From: an uncultured Gammaproteobacteria bacterium
GTDB lineage: Bacteria; Patescibacteriota; Patescibacteriia; UBA9934; GWF2-40-263
Direction of reading: 5' to 3'
Length of the DNA: 64,000 bases
Assembly: GCA_964538435.1 (NCBI GenBank)
Contig: CAZIDX010000001.1
Location: 203,304 to 267,303 of the forward strand
The translations under genes were made by a program, and so were the position numbers. The notes below the pieces were generated by a model. The model was given only the letters and a program-made list of their open reading frames with translations, did not search any database and was not told where the DNA came from. Shown piece after piece: positions 1 to 9,663 of this stretch (position 1 is its first letter; every line of letters starts with the position of its first letter).

Positions 1-288
1 ACTGGTTCTGACCAGACATTCAACGGTTTGAGTTTCCTTTCTCGTGACAGTTGATTGCCTCGCGGCTAGACGATTAAAGCGTATTTCGAAAGTTTTGTCA
101 AGAATCAACGTAAACAAGAAACGACTCGCAAATTGAAAAATCACCACATTGTTCGGCGTAACACAACGTGATGATTTCGATAGCTGAAGGATTCAGCGTG
201 TAGGTTACTCGACCTTCTCGAACAGGTACGCTTTGAAGGTGACCGGGGGCCGCCTTGCGCCCACTTCACCAGCTAATACTGAATTCAC

Positions 289-1359
289 TTACTTAGGACC
301 TTGTGCAGAATATACCCTTGTCGCAAACCATGTTGCAATCGGGACCAACAGAACAAGCGTGCTCGTACCTGCAATGGTACGTATAATTTCCTCAGCAATA
401 ATCTCTTCGTTCAACAATCGTATAATTCCGATATCATCTCGAAGTGCAAAAAGGAGAAAAATAGGGAGAGCTACACCTGAATAAGCCAAGACAAGAGTAT
501 TCACTACAGAAGCAATATGATGTCTTCCAACAGACATAGCCTTTTTGTAAAGCTCCCTAGATGTAAGCTTTGGATTTGTCTCGTGAAGCTCGAAAACAGT
601 TTCTGTTTGTGTAATAGCAATATCATCCAACACACCAACCGCACCCAAGATGATTCCAGCCAACAACAATCCCGATGGAAGCTCAATGGCATCAGTGGTC
701 AAAAACAATAAAGAAGCTTCCTCCGAACCCAACCCAGAGAGTCGAGAAAAATACACAAAGAAAGCTGAAAAAAACCATGCAAAGCACAAACCGATGATCG
801 TACTGAAATACGCGTAAACAGTTCTTTTGTTGAAACCATGTGTCAATGGAAGGTTTATAAGCAAAATCATAGCTGATCCGATGACTGTGATAAGCACAGG
901 ATCAACACCATTAAGAATCTGAGGAACGATAACACCAAACAAGATCGCACAGGTAACAGCAAGACCGACAAGCGATGTAAGACCTCTCTTTCTGCCAACC
1001 AAAACAACAAGCACTGCAAAAAACAAAACGATCCAAAGAAGCGAAGGCGTCCTTACAACATCGACAAGAAACACTTGCACCGTATCATCAGGATAGACAA
1101 TAACTTGCAACAAAACCTCTTGCCCCACCTCCAAATCATACCGCGCATCACCAAGCAGCGATTCACTACCGTCCACTACATAGCTCACACCCTCATCATC
1201 AACCGCAGTAAAAGTTGCATGCGCACCGTCATCAATCTCTTCCACAAAATCAATCGAGCTCACACTCGCACGAACCTCCTGACTAGACTGAGCATGCACA
1301 AAACCACCTGACGCAAAAAACAAACTTATAACAAAGACTGCAAAAAGATATTTTTTCAT
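289..1359 (-). CDS. YibE/F-family polytopic membrane protein (signal peptide plus multiple TM helices)
   Basis: ORF 289..1539, trimmed to the internal Met (MKKYLFAVFVISLFFASGG...), ATG at 1357-1359. The hydrophobic multi-TM C-terminal half resembles YibE/F. Confidence 0.55.
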   Translation of the reverse strand: MKKYLFAVFVISLFFASGGFVHAQSSQEVRASVSSIDFVEEIDDGAHATFTAVDDEGVSYVVDGSESLLGDARYDLEVGQEVLLQVIVYPDDTVQVFLVDVVRTPSLLWIVLFFAVLVVLVGRKRGLTSLVGLAVTCAILFGVIVPQILNGVDPVLITVIGSAMILLINLPLTHGFNKRTVYAYFSTIIGLCFAWFFSAFFVYFSRLSGLGSEEASLLFLTTDAIELPSGLLLAGIILGAVGVLDDIAITQTETVFELHETNPKLTSRELYKKAMSVGRHHIASVVNTLVLAYSGVALPIFLLFALRDDIGIIRLLNEEIIAEEIIRTIAGTSTLVLLVPIATWFATRVYSAQGPK

Positions 1360-1430
1360 ACAAGAGAAATTATAACAGATCAGACACCACTCACTTAAAC
1401 AAAAACACCTGTAATCAGATGTCTTCTGCT

Positions 1431-1458
1431 GGCTCCGAATACTGAACGGGTTCAGAAC
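1431..1458. repeat. REP-like hairpin repeat GGCTCCGAATACTGAACGGGTTCAGAAC (copy a)
   Basis: Near-identical copies at 1561-1588 and, degenerate, at 7772-7799. Contains an internal palindrome CTGAACGGGTTCAG. Confidence 0.6.
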
Positions 1459-1503
1459 GGTTGATTGTAACACATCCGCATATAGACCTGACCCCATAGC
1501 CCC
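1459..1503. repeat. Solo copy of the IS right-end inverted repeat (…CATATAGACCTGACCCCATAGC)
   Basis: Matches 11703-11748, the right end of the Y1-transposase element, with a 2-nt deletion. No transposase is adjacent. Confidence 0.6.
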
Positions 1504-1533
1504 ATACACAAACTCTCGCCCAACCAAACAAAA

Positions 1534-1566
1534 AACCACAGCAAGCTGTGATTTTTTGTTGGCTCC
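1534..1566. terminator. Bidirectional hairpin terminator (CCACAGCAAGCTGTGG flanked by A and T runs), duplicated at 11891-11916
   Basis: The stem CACAGC/GCTGTG with TTTTTTG on both strands is seen directly. The same 31 bp follows the tRNA-Asn 3' end at 11891-11921. Confidence 0.55.
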
Positions 1567-1663
1567 GAATAGTAAACGAGTTCAGAACCGTGGATTGGAA
1601 GAAATTTCACTCAATAGTAACTCAATTTACAAACGCAAATTTCTGCCACTGCTGATATTCTAA

Positions 1664-2980
1664 CTAACTTTCGAGGACTGACCAGTATGGCTGATCATAA
1701 TTTTCACCATTTATATCCTTCAAGATATCAATGTGTTCTTGTGACAATCCATTCACGAGATCGTTTAAATAACTGATAAATTTATCACGATCATTTAAAG
1801 TAAAAAATCGTGTGTCATATTCACCAATACGAAATTGTTTTCGAGTGCCTTTTGGCAACTCTTTCAAAACTCTAGCCGATTGCTTGTCAACGAACATAGC
1901 GTCACAATATGGCAAGTAACTAGAAATAAATTGCATATCTGCAGTAGATTTTGGTGCCTTCTTTTCTCCCAAACGAGCTGATCGAGCCAATCCCGCAAAC
2001 ATTACTGAGTTAATTTTAAGATAAGGCACATCTAACAGAGAATCGGCGTCATTGAGGTACTTATGAATGATATCCAAAACTTTTGTTTGATCGACACCTT
2101 TTTCAATTGCACTTTGTATAAGTTTACTGAGCAAAGAAAAAGCGGGTGGTGGCAAGATATCGTTTATTTCAAATTGAAAGGTTGGATCAGAAACTGCCCT
2201 CAATGTTGCGTTTTCTCTTCTTTGAACAAAGGCCCTTGTTGAAGTCAATACACCTTTTCCGAAACCGAGAACCTCTTCTCTAACCCTATCCTCGAAAGAC
2301 ATTTCTTCAGACTGCCACCGCTTCCAGATATTTGCCAACTGTTGTTCTGTGGAAGTATTTACTTTTTTCAGGTTATCAATCTCCTCAGCTTGTTGTGAAA
2401 AACCCACCGAAATCCTCATGCCGATCTCCCAAGTATGTAAATCTCTAAATGAAATATTTTGAGGGTCAAGTTCAAATATTGCATGTTTCCCATCTAGCCA
2501 GCAAGCAAAGTGCTGTCGCACTTGTTGTTCTTCAATGACGTGCGCTGGAAACAATGTTTTCCCACCAGAAAAATGTTCGTATAACTTTTTTGCCACCTGA
2601 AAATCAATGCCACCAAAGCTTGACTCATCCTTATGAAAAAAGCTGTCTGGACAAACGATCACTTGTGATTTAGAAGCCCTCTCTAAAGCAACAAATAGAT
2701 CGTGCCAAAATGGGTCTCTTTTTATTCGCTCATGACTTGGGTGCGTAGAATCAAGTAGCTTTATCAGATTACTGATTACAAATTGATCTAAATAAATAAC
2801 CTGCTTAAACAGATCTGGCAGGCTGATACGATTCTGATAATGACATTTCACACATTCTCTTGTGTAATAATTGTCACCTGAAATAATAATCAAAACACCA
2901 AAAGATGTTTTGCTCTTGCATGAAGGACAATCTTTATAGGGTTCAGTTATTAAATCATTTCTTGATAACTCTTGAGCCAT
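1664..2980 (-). CDS. Hypothetical protein with N-terminal CxxC…CxxC zinc ribbon, last gene of the RM operon
   Basis: ORF 1664..3106. Start moved to MAQELSRNDL… (ATG at 2978-2980), 7 nt after the upstream gene stop. Motif CPSCKSKTS…ECVKCH. No recognisable catalytic domain. Confidence 0.45.
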   Translation of the reverse strand: MAQELSRNDLITEPYKDCPSCKSKTSFGVLIIISGDNYYTRECVKCHYQNRISLPDLFKQVIYLDQFVISNLIKLLDSTHPSHERIKRDPFWHDLFVALERASKSQVIVCPDSFFHKDESSFGGIDFQVAKKLYEHFSGGKTLFPAHVIEEQQVRQHFACWLDGKHAIFELDPQNISFRDLHTWEIGMRISVGFSQQAEEIDNLKKVNTSTEQQLANIWKRWQSEEMSFEDRVREEVLGFGKGVLTSTRAFVQRRENATLRAVSDPTFQFEINDILPPPAFSLLSKLIQSAIEKGVDQTKVLDIIHKYLNDADSLLDVPYLKINSVMFAGLARSARLGEKKAPKSTADMQFISSYLPYCDAMFVDKQSARVLKELPKGTRKQFRIGEYDTRFFTLNDRDKFISYLNDLVNGLSQEHIDILKDINGENYDQPYWSVLES

Positions 2981-2987
2981 AGGCCAC

Positions 2988-4475
2988 TCATACCAAGCTA
3001 AGCAGTCTTCTATATATTTCAACCATTGCCAACGTGTCCAGCTTACAGTATTCGAGTAGGTCTTTGGCGATCTGGTTTTTTTCTTTTTGAGAAGTCTCTG
3101 GATCAATCATCTTTTCCCATCGCTCAACTGCTTGGTCACCCTTCTGCACATTCAATGCTTTGTAAGTCAGCTCTGGCACAAGGACTGGTAACACCTTCTT
3201 GATACTCGCACTCCCCATAAACTTTGCATCAACATACATGTTTTTTGAGAAGATATGCATGAGATCAAACATGCGGTCATTCATGCCCTCAAGGAAGTCA
3301 GTGTGTTCTGGATGCAGCTCTGCGAGCTTATTGTTTCGCTGCGATTCGTACGACTTATACCAAGAGATAACAGAACCCTTGTCATCAAAATCTTTTCTCA
3401 TCTGCTCAATGAGCGGCAGGGTCAAATCTTTTGTTGGCTCAGTAATCAAAAACTCTTTATGCTCCATTGTTCCGTCTTCATGCAACACATGTAGCGAATA
3501 CTGGAACGGCACTTGTTCATAAGCACCAAAGCCGCTGAACCGAGGAATTGCAGACGAATAACCCTCATAATCAAAGAAGTGAATTGGAAACACAAGCTCG
3601 TCTAACGCTTCCTTAATAGCCTCATGGTCAATGAGAGGCTTACCAGCCATATAGGCGTTGTATTGGGCTAATTTCGCCCCTGTGAGCTTCTCAGGGTTAT
3701 CTATATCCTCAAATGCGTAGATACCACGATCAATCCAGTCATAAAACAACTTCTTGCTCCCACCAATACGATTGATGTCATGAACCGAATACTCAGGAAC
3801 GTCAGGATTCGAGTAAACAAACGTCGTACATTGCGCATTGCGGCCACGATACAAACACTGACATCCTTTCTCTTCTGGATCGTGTAAATAGGCTTTCAAA
3901 TCACTCATTTGAGCTTGTACCTCTTCCTCGGCACCAAGCACTTCATCGGTTAAATCAGCAATGATAAACAAGTCGTCATAATTAACCTTCGTAAGCATTC
4001 GATACTCACTATTAAGATGAATGACGCCCGACTTAACTATCTTCACACCACAGCCTTCAATAACAGTCTTCTGAAACGCAAGATCATTTACATGATGATG
4101 AGGCACAACACGCTTAACATCATTGGTCGCCTTAACCTCATACAACTCCCAACCACCTAACACTTCGTTAAAGCGCAAAACGTCAGCCTGAACAAAAAAC
4201 TCATCATGCAAAAATGCACCCTGAAAAATGGTGTGTGTTTTTGTTTCAAGAAGACTCTCTGTAAACGGCACTGCATTAGGACCAACAATCTCAACCAAGA
4301 CACCATCAGGAAACAGACCTCTTGCAGCTTCATCCGCAAGGTTTCCTTCTTCAATAATCTTCTTCTCAAACTCAGAAAGTTCTACCCCATCAAAAAGCTC
4401 TGGCTTATGCTTCTTCAGCCAAAGATTCTTCCTGCAATAGGTGTATTCAAGATAGTCAGTCTTTGTGATGTGCAT
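2988..4475 (-). CDS. DUF2779-like nuclease (Cas4/RecB-like PD-(D/E)xK N-terminal region plus exonuclease-like C-terminal region)
   Basis: N-terminus MHITKTDYLEYTYCRKNLWLKKHKPELF fits the characteristic DUF2779 start (…SKS.F..G.QC.K.LWL…H.PEL). Cys cluster CQCLYRGRNAQC. ATG at 4473-4475, 1 nt from the RM stop. Alternative start at 4502. Confidence 0.55.
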   Translation of the reverse strand: MHITKTDYLEYTYCRKNLWLKKHKPELFDGVELSEFEKKIIEEGNLADEAARGLFPDGVLVEIVGPNAVPFTESLLETKTHTIFQGAFLHDEFFVQADVLRFNEVLGGWELYEVKATNDVKRVVPHHHVNDLAFQKTVIEGCGVKIVKSGVIHLNSEYRMLTKVNYDDLFIIADLTDEVLGAEEEVQAQMSDLKAYLHDPEEKGCQCLYRGRNAQCTTFVYSNPDVPEYSVHDINRIGGSKKLFYDWIDRGIYAFEDIDNPEKLTGAKLAQYNAYMAGKPLIDHEAIKEALDELVFPIHFFDYEGYSSAIPRFSGFGAYEQVPFQYSLHVLHEDGTMEHKEFLITEPTKDLTLPLIEQMRKDFDDKGSVISWYKSYESQRNNKLAELHPEHTDFLEGMNDRMFDLMHIFSKNMYVDAKFMGSASIKKVLPVLVPELTYKALNVQKGDQAVERWEKMIDPETSQKEKNQIAKDLLEYCKLDTLAMVEIYRRLLSLV

Positions 4476-4476
4476 A

Positions 4477-7400
4477 TCATTCAGGTTTCCAAACATCATC
4501 AATCTCTCTCATGATACGCTCAGTATTTGTCAAAGCGACGATGATTTTTTGCCAGTGGAGAATGTCGTCAAAAGTCAACCTGCACCCGCATCGATTTTTC
4601 AACCATCTCTGTGCAGGCTTGTATCCACCTATGTGAAAGTCCCAAGTATTTTCAGGAACTTTATCAAAATACTGCGTTTTGTTGATGTACACCTTTCCTG
4701 CATCAAATTTAGGATAACTTTTCTCAATTGTATTCGATCCAGAAAACGGAAACTCTGTTTTGGGCTTATCGGAAGCTTTATGATTCAAAAGGTGATAGTT
4801 ACGCAATTCTCCACCTAGTTTGATCAATTCTACAAACCGCTCGGCTGTGTCAGGATACGGGATGCAAGGAAAGTTTGTGCTCAAAAATTTTACATATTTT
4901 TTTCGGTATGAAGGTGAATACAAAATCGCGTATACATAATCAAATACATCAAGCGGTGAAAAAACATCACCTTCTGTATCATTGATTGTGGTAGCATCAA
5001 AACTGAATCTCAACCCGGTTGACCGTTCTATTTTACTCACGATATCTTGATCTAAATTCGGATTTCGGTATTGATTTTCATTAGTCCCAAATGACGTTTG
5101 ATTTGATTTATCATCATATGTATACAGTGGAAAAATCGCCGACTGTGTCGTGCGTTCAGCAAACTTCGCCTCAGTTATCAGACTGCTAACAAAAAAATGA
5201 TCTGGCCTGCCACTCTTATTACTTCGCGCGCTTGCAAGAGCCAAGTTGTTACCTGTCAGCATGTTTCGCATTACACTCCCTCTGTCTCTTTCAATAAAAT
5301 CTGGACTGTAATAGATGTGTCGGTTATCGAACGGTCTATACGAAATCTGTTTAATATTTTCTGAGTCGTATGAATGCTGTTGCGCTTGCGCTATCTTCCA
5401 GCTCTTATTTTCACGGAGATTATATTTATTCTTAGCTATTATGGGATCAAGTGTTAGAAATTCCTCTATTCTTACTTGTAATTGTTCTTTATCAAAATCA
5501 ATAACGAATGCATCTCTTGATGTCACAATCCCAACCGAATTTATTGGAAACAGAATGTTTAGATAAAAACCTTCCTCATACTTTTCCATTGCTTGAAAAT
5601 CACATCTAACGAATGGGTAATTAGGCGCTTGATTATTTAAAGTAACCCAGTTGATGGATCTAATATCATTATTCATGAGATCGTTATACTTCTCGTTTCG
5701 TTTTCCATAAAAGTCAGCATGAAGTATCTCTGCCAGCTCACTTGTTTTTCTACCATTTTTTATTGCCAAAATGATTGAAACCCCTTGCTTAATATCGAAG
5801 ACATTCTCATCTTTTCCTCCATCTGGTGCAGTCTCATTTCTTTGAGAATTACCATGTAGGTCAACTATATATATTTTGTCGAAGGTCGTAAGTAGATGCC
5901 AACGCATACCTCGAAAAGTTGGGTTATCCAGGTAACCATGATTTGTAACAAATCCAAGAACCCCCTCTCCGCTCTGTTCGATCATGTATTCTGAAAATCG
6001 CATGAACTTCACATAGTCATCATTGATCCATTTTGGATTTCGTTCACGTAATTTTTCTATTCCACCAGGCTCCTTCTTATATGCTTCCATCAGACCCATG
6101 ATGAAGTCACCCTTATTTTTTGACTCACCACTATAAGGAGGATTACCAAGTATGACCACTACTGGAGTCTCTTTTTTAACCTTATTCGCGGCATTTGCTT
6201 CGTTACTAAGCCAGGAAGAAAATAATGTATTTGTATCAGGATGTGCCTCTTCCAAACTATTAGTCAAATAGACACCAAGACGTTCGTTGGTATTTTTCTT
6301 TTGTCTATAACCAAATTCAGTAAGCAATAAATCAAGCTTTAAATGACACATGGCATAAGGTGCCATCAGAAGTTCAAAACCGTGGATTCGAGGTAATAAA
6401 TGTTCATTCACATAACTGTCCCAAATACCTTCCTGCCCTTCGAAGTTTGAGTGTATCTTACGAACAATTTCTGCCAAAAAAGTTCCTGTTCCAGTGGCTG
6501 GATCTAGAATTTGTACTCGATGCACTTCTTTTTCGATCCTTCGTTTTCCATCCTTGTATCGACCATCTGCCATCTGTGCATCAACCTCAACAGTAGTCAT
6601 GCTTGTATCAGCCAGACCTTTTTCCAGATTGAATTCATCTTTTAGAATATCGTCAATCGCCCGAACAATGAATTGAACAACCGGCTCCGGCGTATACCAT
6701 ACCCCACGAGATTTGCGCAGTTCAGGGTTAAACTCAGAAAGAAAAGTCTCATAGAAATGAATGAAAGGATCTAATCGCTTACTCTCAGAATGGAAGCTCT
6801 CCAAAATCTTTTTCACATCCGCAGCCCGGAATACATCTGCAAGCGCATCCACAATCCAAACGATACGATCATCTAGATCAGGACCAGCGACAGTGTTAAA
6901 CAACTTGCGTAAAAAAGGATTTGTTTTTGGTAAGAGTTCAGCTGCTTCTTGTCGACTAAAAGTATCAAGTGTTGGATCATGCAAGCGAGCTGCAAAGAGG
7001 CCGTATGCAATTGTCTGAGCGTACATGTCAGCAAACTCATCTTCTTTCATGTCATGAATCAGCACATTTCGAAAAGCTTGAAGCTCGCTTCGCAGATTAG
7101 ACTCTTCTTCTTCTGAATTTAGTGCTTTTGTGATCACATCTTTCATCAACCTTGCTTTTCCAGCCATGGCTTTTACCAGCCTGGATGCGGATTTGATCGT
7201 CTGACCATTATATGAAATGAAATCAGTTAACAAGTGCTGGAAGCGCTCAACTTCCTTATGATCAAAGATGATTTTATTCTTCTCTTTTGTACCAACGCAC
7301 ACTTGATCAACTTTTTCTCCATTAACAAAAAAACGAAAGTCTAAATAATCTGTTAAAACTAGATTATCTAAACTTTCAAGATATCTTTTTATTTGATCAC

Positions 7401-7653
7401 TGTTCTCGACATCATCAAGAGCAGTGCCAACATCCTTAGCCTCAATATAGCCAATCGGAACCTCTTTTTTTGTAAGAATGAAGTCTGGTGCCCCACACTC
7501 CTGACGCTTAGGTTCATTAACTGCAGAAATATTCTTGTCTAAATTTTCAATGAGGCTCTTTAGCATTGGACGGTAGCTATGTTCCGTTGCTTGGCCTGTA
7601 TCAAACTCTCTTTGGACAGACAAAAAATACTCTGCAAAAGTATCTTCATTCAT
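4477..7653 (-). CDS. Type IIG restriction-modification enzyme (MmeI/YeeA-like: PD-ExK nuclease, gamma-class N6-adenine methyltransferase, target-recognition domain)
   Basis: 1058 aa. N-terminal APDFIL…GYIEAKDVG (PD…EAK nuclease motif). SAM motif I VQILDPATGTGTFL. Catalytic motif IV ILGNPPYSG. C-terminal region …ILYSPSYRKKY…YKPAQRWLKNR typical of MmeI/Type ISP target-recognition and coupler domains. Confidence 0.75.
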   Translation of the reverse strand: MNEDTFAEYFLSVQREFDTGQATEHSYRPMLKSLIENLDKNISAVNEPKRQECGAPDFILTKKEVPIGYIEAKDVGTALDDVENSDQIKRYLESLDNLVLTDYLDFRFFVNGEKVDQVCVGTKEKNKIIFDHKEVERFQHLLTDFISYNGQTIKSASRLVKAMAGKARLMKDVITKALNSEEEESNLRSELQAFRNVLIHDMKEDEFADMYAQTIAYGLFAARLHDPTLDTFSRQEAAELLPKTNPFLRKLFNTVAGPDLDDRIVWIVDALADVFRAADVKKILESFHSESKRLDPFIHFYETFLSEFNPELRKSRGVWYTPEPVVQFIVRAIDDILKDEFNLEKGLADTSMTTVEVDAQMADGRYKDGKRRIEKEVHRVQILDPATGTGTFLAEIVRKIHSNFEGQEGIWDSYVNEHLLPRIHGFELLMAPYAMCHLKLDLLLTEFGYRQKKNTNERLGVYLTNSLEEAHPDTNTLFSSWLSNEANAANKVKKETPVVVILGNPPYSGESKNKGDFIMGLMEAYKKEPGGIEKLRERNPKWINDDYVKFMRFSEYMIEQSGEGVLGFVTNHGYLDNPTFRGMRWHLLTTFDKIYIVDLHGNSQRNETAPDGGKDENVFDIKQGVSIILAIKNGRKTSELAEILHADFYGKRNEKYNDLMNNDIRSINWVTLNNQAPNYPFVRCDFQAMEKYEEGFYLNILFPINSVGIVTSRDAFVIDFDKEQLQVRIEEFLTLDPIIAKNKYNLRENKSWKIAQAQQHSYDSENIKQISYRPFDNRHIYYSPDFIERDRGSVMRNMLTGNNLALASARSNKSGRPDHFFVSSLITEAKFAERTTQSAIFPLYTYDDKSNQTSFGTNENQYRNPNLDQDIVSKIERSTGLRFSFDATTINDTEGDVFSPLDVFDYVYAILYSPSYRKKYVKFLSTNFPCIPYPDTAERFVELIKLGGELRNYHLLNHKASDKPKTEFPFSGSNTIEKSYPKFDAGKVYINKTQYFDKVPENTWDFHIGGYKPAQRWLKNRCGCRLTFDDILHWQKIIVALTNTERIMREIDDVWKPE

Positions 7654-7736
7654 ATTGTGCTTTGGTAGGATTTTATTTGCAAAAAGGGGTCAGGTCGGAC
7701 TACGGACTTTTTCTATCTCAATTTTATCACAAAAAG

Positions 7737-7766
7737 AAAAACGAACGCTATTGATGACGTTCGTTC
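7737..7766. terminator. Palindromic hairpin AACGAACGctattgatgaCGTTCGTT between the two island modules
   Basis: An 8-bp perfect stem is seen directly, downstream of the 7800..8567 gene on the minus strand. Confidence 0.35.
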
Positions 7767-7799
7767 CTCTTGGCTCCGAATTGTGGAGGATGTTAGAAC

Positions 7800-8567
7800 T
7801 CAAATTTCAAAGAACATCTCAATCTCCTCTCTTACAACAGCTTGAATTCTTTCAACAAAAGGTAAGACATACTCGGCCCTCGACTTGTCGTCAGGAACAT
7901 CATTTTCATCAACGTGATAACACGAAGGAGAGGTGGCTACTATTATTATATCTGGCCTCTTTGGTAATGAAGTAAATAGATGGTTTAAAAAAGTCTTTAT
8001 TTCAACATCACTCACAATAGAATCACCTTCGTCCGAAGGATAAAAATAATCAATATCAATATCAAGAAAAAGAATAGACTTGCTAGAAATACCCATCACA
8101 CTTTTACAAAACGACTCTTGATCAACAAAATTTTCAAACTTAAAATTCAATTTACAATCTTTGTTGAAAACCCCACGCACCTGACTCTGACGACACAACG
8201 TAAATATTTTTGCGCCCTCCCCACACTCATAAAGAAAAGGATAAATGAAATTTTCGAATTGCAACCACTCGTTTTCAAAATGATCTATTTCAGATAATTC
8301 CTTAGGCAAATAGTGAAGCATGTCTTTATCAATAACAGCATCAGGATGCGCATCAATGTGCAGAAGGATTATTCTGTTACCACACGACTTTGTCATCAGA
8401 AATCTTTTCCAAACACCATAAGCCAACCTATGATTGTTCATGATGAAATAAGCATTCTTTTCGTCCTTCAATAAAAACCTTCCACCTAAAGCGCTTGTAA
8501 AATCGTTATTTACACTTTCAAGATTTTGCTTATATCTCCAGCCATTATCCTCTTGGTCTAACTCCAT
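7800..8567 (-). CDS. Arginase/deacetylase-fold (ureohydrolase superfamily, UPF0489-like) metallohydrolase
   Basis: Motifs NNHRLAYG … ILLHIDAHPDAV … FLDIDIDYFYPSDEGD correspond to the GGDHS / DAHxD / SxDxDxxDP metal-ligand motifs of the arginase family. Confidence 0.5.
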   Translation of the reverse strand: MELDQEDNGWRYKQNLESVNNDFTSALGGRFLLKDEKNAYFIMNNHRLAYGVWKRFLMTKSCGNRIILLHIDAHPDAVIDKDMLHYLPKELSEIDHFENEWLQFENFIYPFLYECGEGAKIFTLCRQSQVRGVFNKDCKLNFKFENFVDQESFCKSVMGISSKSILFLDIDIDYFYPSDEGDSIVSDVEIKTFLNHLFTSLPKRPDIIIVATSPSCYHVDENDVPDDKSRAEYVLPFVERIQAVVREEIEMFFEI

Positions 8568-8633
8568 AAGTAATAATAGTAGATAAAACCGACCTCGTGG
8601 CCGGAGTATAATTTATCACAAACCTTCTCGATT

Positions 8634-9092
8634 TTATTGTTTTCCCGTGGTGATATTTTCAAAGACCTCCTTAAATTTGTTTCTTTTCCTTTTTTCCATA
8701 AACGACCAATCCATACTCTGCTCCAGAACTTCAATCATGTCAGAATTATCTAGCTCGTATATAACCTCTGACACACCATACTTTAAGGTCCTTCGGAATA
8801 AGTAAATCTTACCTTTGTATTCGAAATAATACGGTCTAACGATATTAAACTCATCTTCAAGCTTTTGTTTCAGAACAGAAAACTCACCGCTACCCCTATC
8901 AACAATTGGCTCTTCTGAAATTTTTGCACGTAATTCCTGTGCCGACAATCCAATATTTTTTGCATTAACAAACGCATCGAAATATCGTTCGTATAAATTT
9001 ATAAAGTACCCAACCACATCAATATCGACCACAAAAGGCTCGTTCGGACCAAATGTCTTCCATTCCAACTCATCTTGTATAACTCTTTTCAT
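8634..9092 (-). CDS. Hypothetical protein (152 aa), part of the four-gene module
   Basis: Intact ORF tightly packed with neighbours (15-nt and 66-nt gaps). No recognisable motif. Confidence 0.4.
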   Translation of the reverse strand: MKRVIQDELEWKTFGPNEPFVVDIDVVGYFINLYERYFDAFVNAKNIGLSAQELRAKISEEPIVDRGSGEFSVLKQKLEDEFNIVRPYYFEYKGKIYLFRRTLKYGVSEVIYELDNSDMIEVLEQSMDWSFMEKRKRNKFKEVFENITTGKQ

Positions 9093-9107
9093 ATTCTAGA
9101 TGCTTAT

Positions 9108-9662
9108 TTACAAAAGCCCCAATTCAGACAAGATACTAGCAGCAACACTATTCTGATTAGTGAGACTGACTTGCTCCGTTATCATCGCACCCGAACACAA
9201 CTCGACCGCTTTCATAAACTTCTTCTCAAAGTCTGCATCGGTAAACTTTTTCAAGAAAAACAAAGCCATCAACAAAACTGACCACATTGTGTAAGTATCA
9301 ACTCCTGTTGCAAACAACCCGAAACCATTTGCTTTCATCTGAAAGTTCATGTGATCCCGATCTGGATCAAAAGATATATCACCAACAAAATTCTTTTTTT
9401 CTGTTCGTGAAAATTCAAGTAAATTATTGATTGCATCTTCTGGAAAATATTCTGAACCCTGTTCCGAAAGCTCATTCAAAGCCATAGAAAGATATTGCAT
9501 CGTTGGATTTCCTTTAAGATTCGAAAACTGTCTCAAAGTAAATAATAGGAAAGCAAGAATTGCGCCTCTTTGATTTTCCTGAGCACTGTCACCAGACGTT
9601 TCAAAAAGAAAAGCTGCCTTATTTTCTTCCTTGCAGTGAATTTCAAAATGTATTGTTGTCAT
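9108..9662 (-). CDS. Hypothetical protein (184 aa), part of the four-gene module
   Basis: Intact ORF, 1-nt gap to the upstream gene. No recognisable motif. Confidence 0.4.
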   Translation of the reverse strand: MTTIHFEIHCKEENKAAFLFETSGDSAQENQRGAILAFLLFTLRQFSNLKGNPTMQYLSMALNELSEQGSEYFPEDAINNLLEFSRTEKKNFVGDISFDPDRDHMNFQMKANGFGLFATGVDTYTMWSVLLMALFFLKKFTDADFEKKFMKAVELCSGAMITEQVSLTNQNSVAASILSELGLL

Positions 9663-9663
9663 A

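Noticed and set aside
233-484. 83-aa plus-strand ORF at the window start
   Set aside because: Overlaps the 3' end of the minus-strand YibE/F gene in antisense. No support.
6375-6392. Copy of the REP-like element (…AACCGTGGATT…) inside the RM gene
   Set aside because: Only an 11-13-nt match within coding sequence, consistent with chance.
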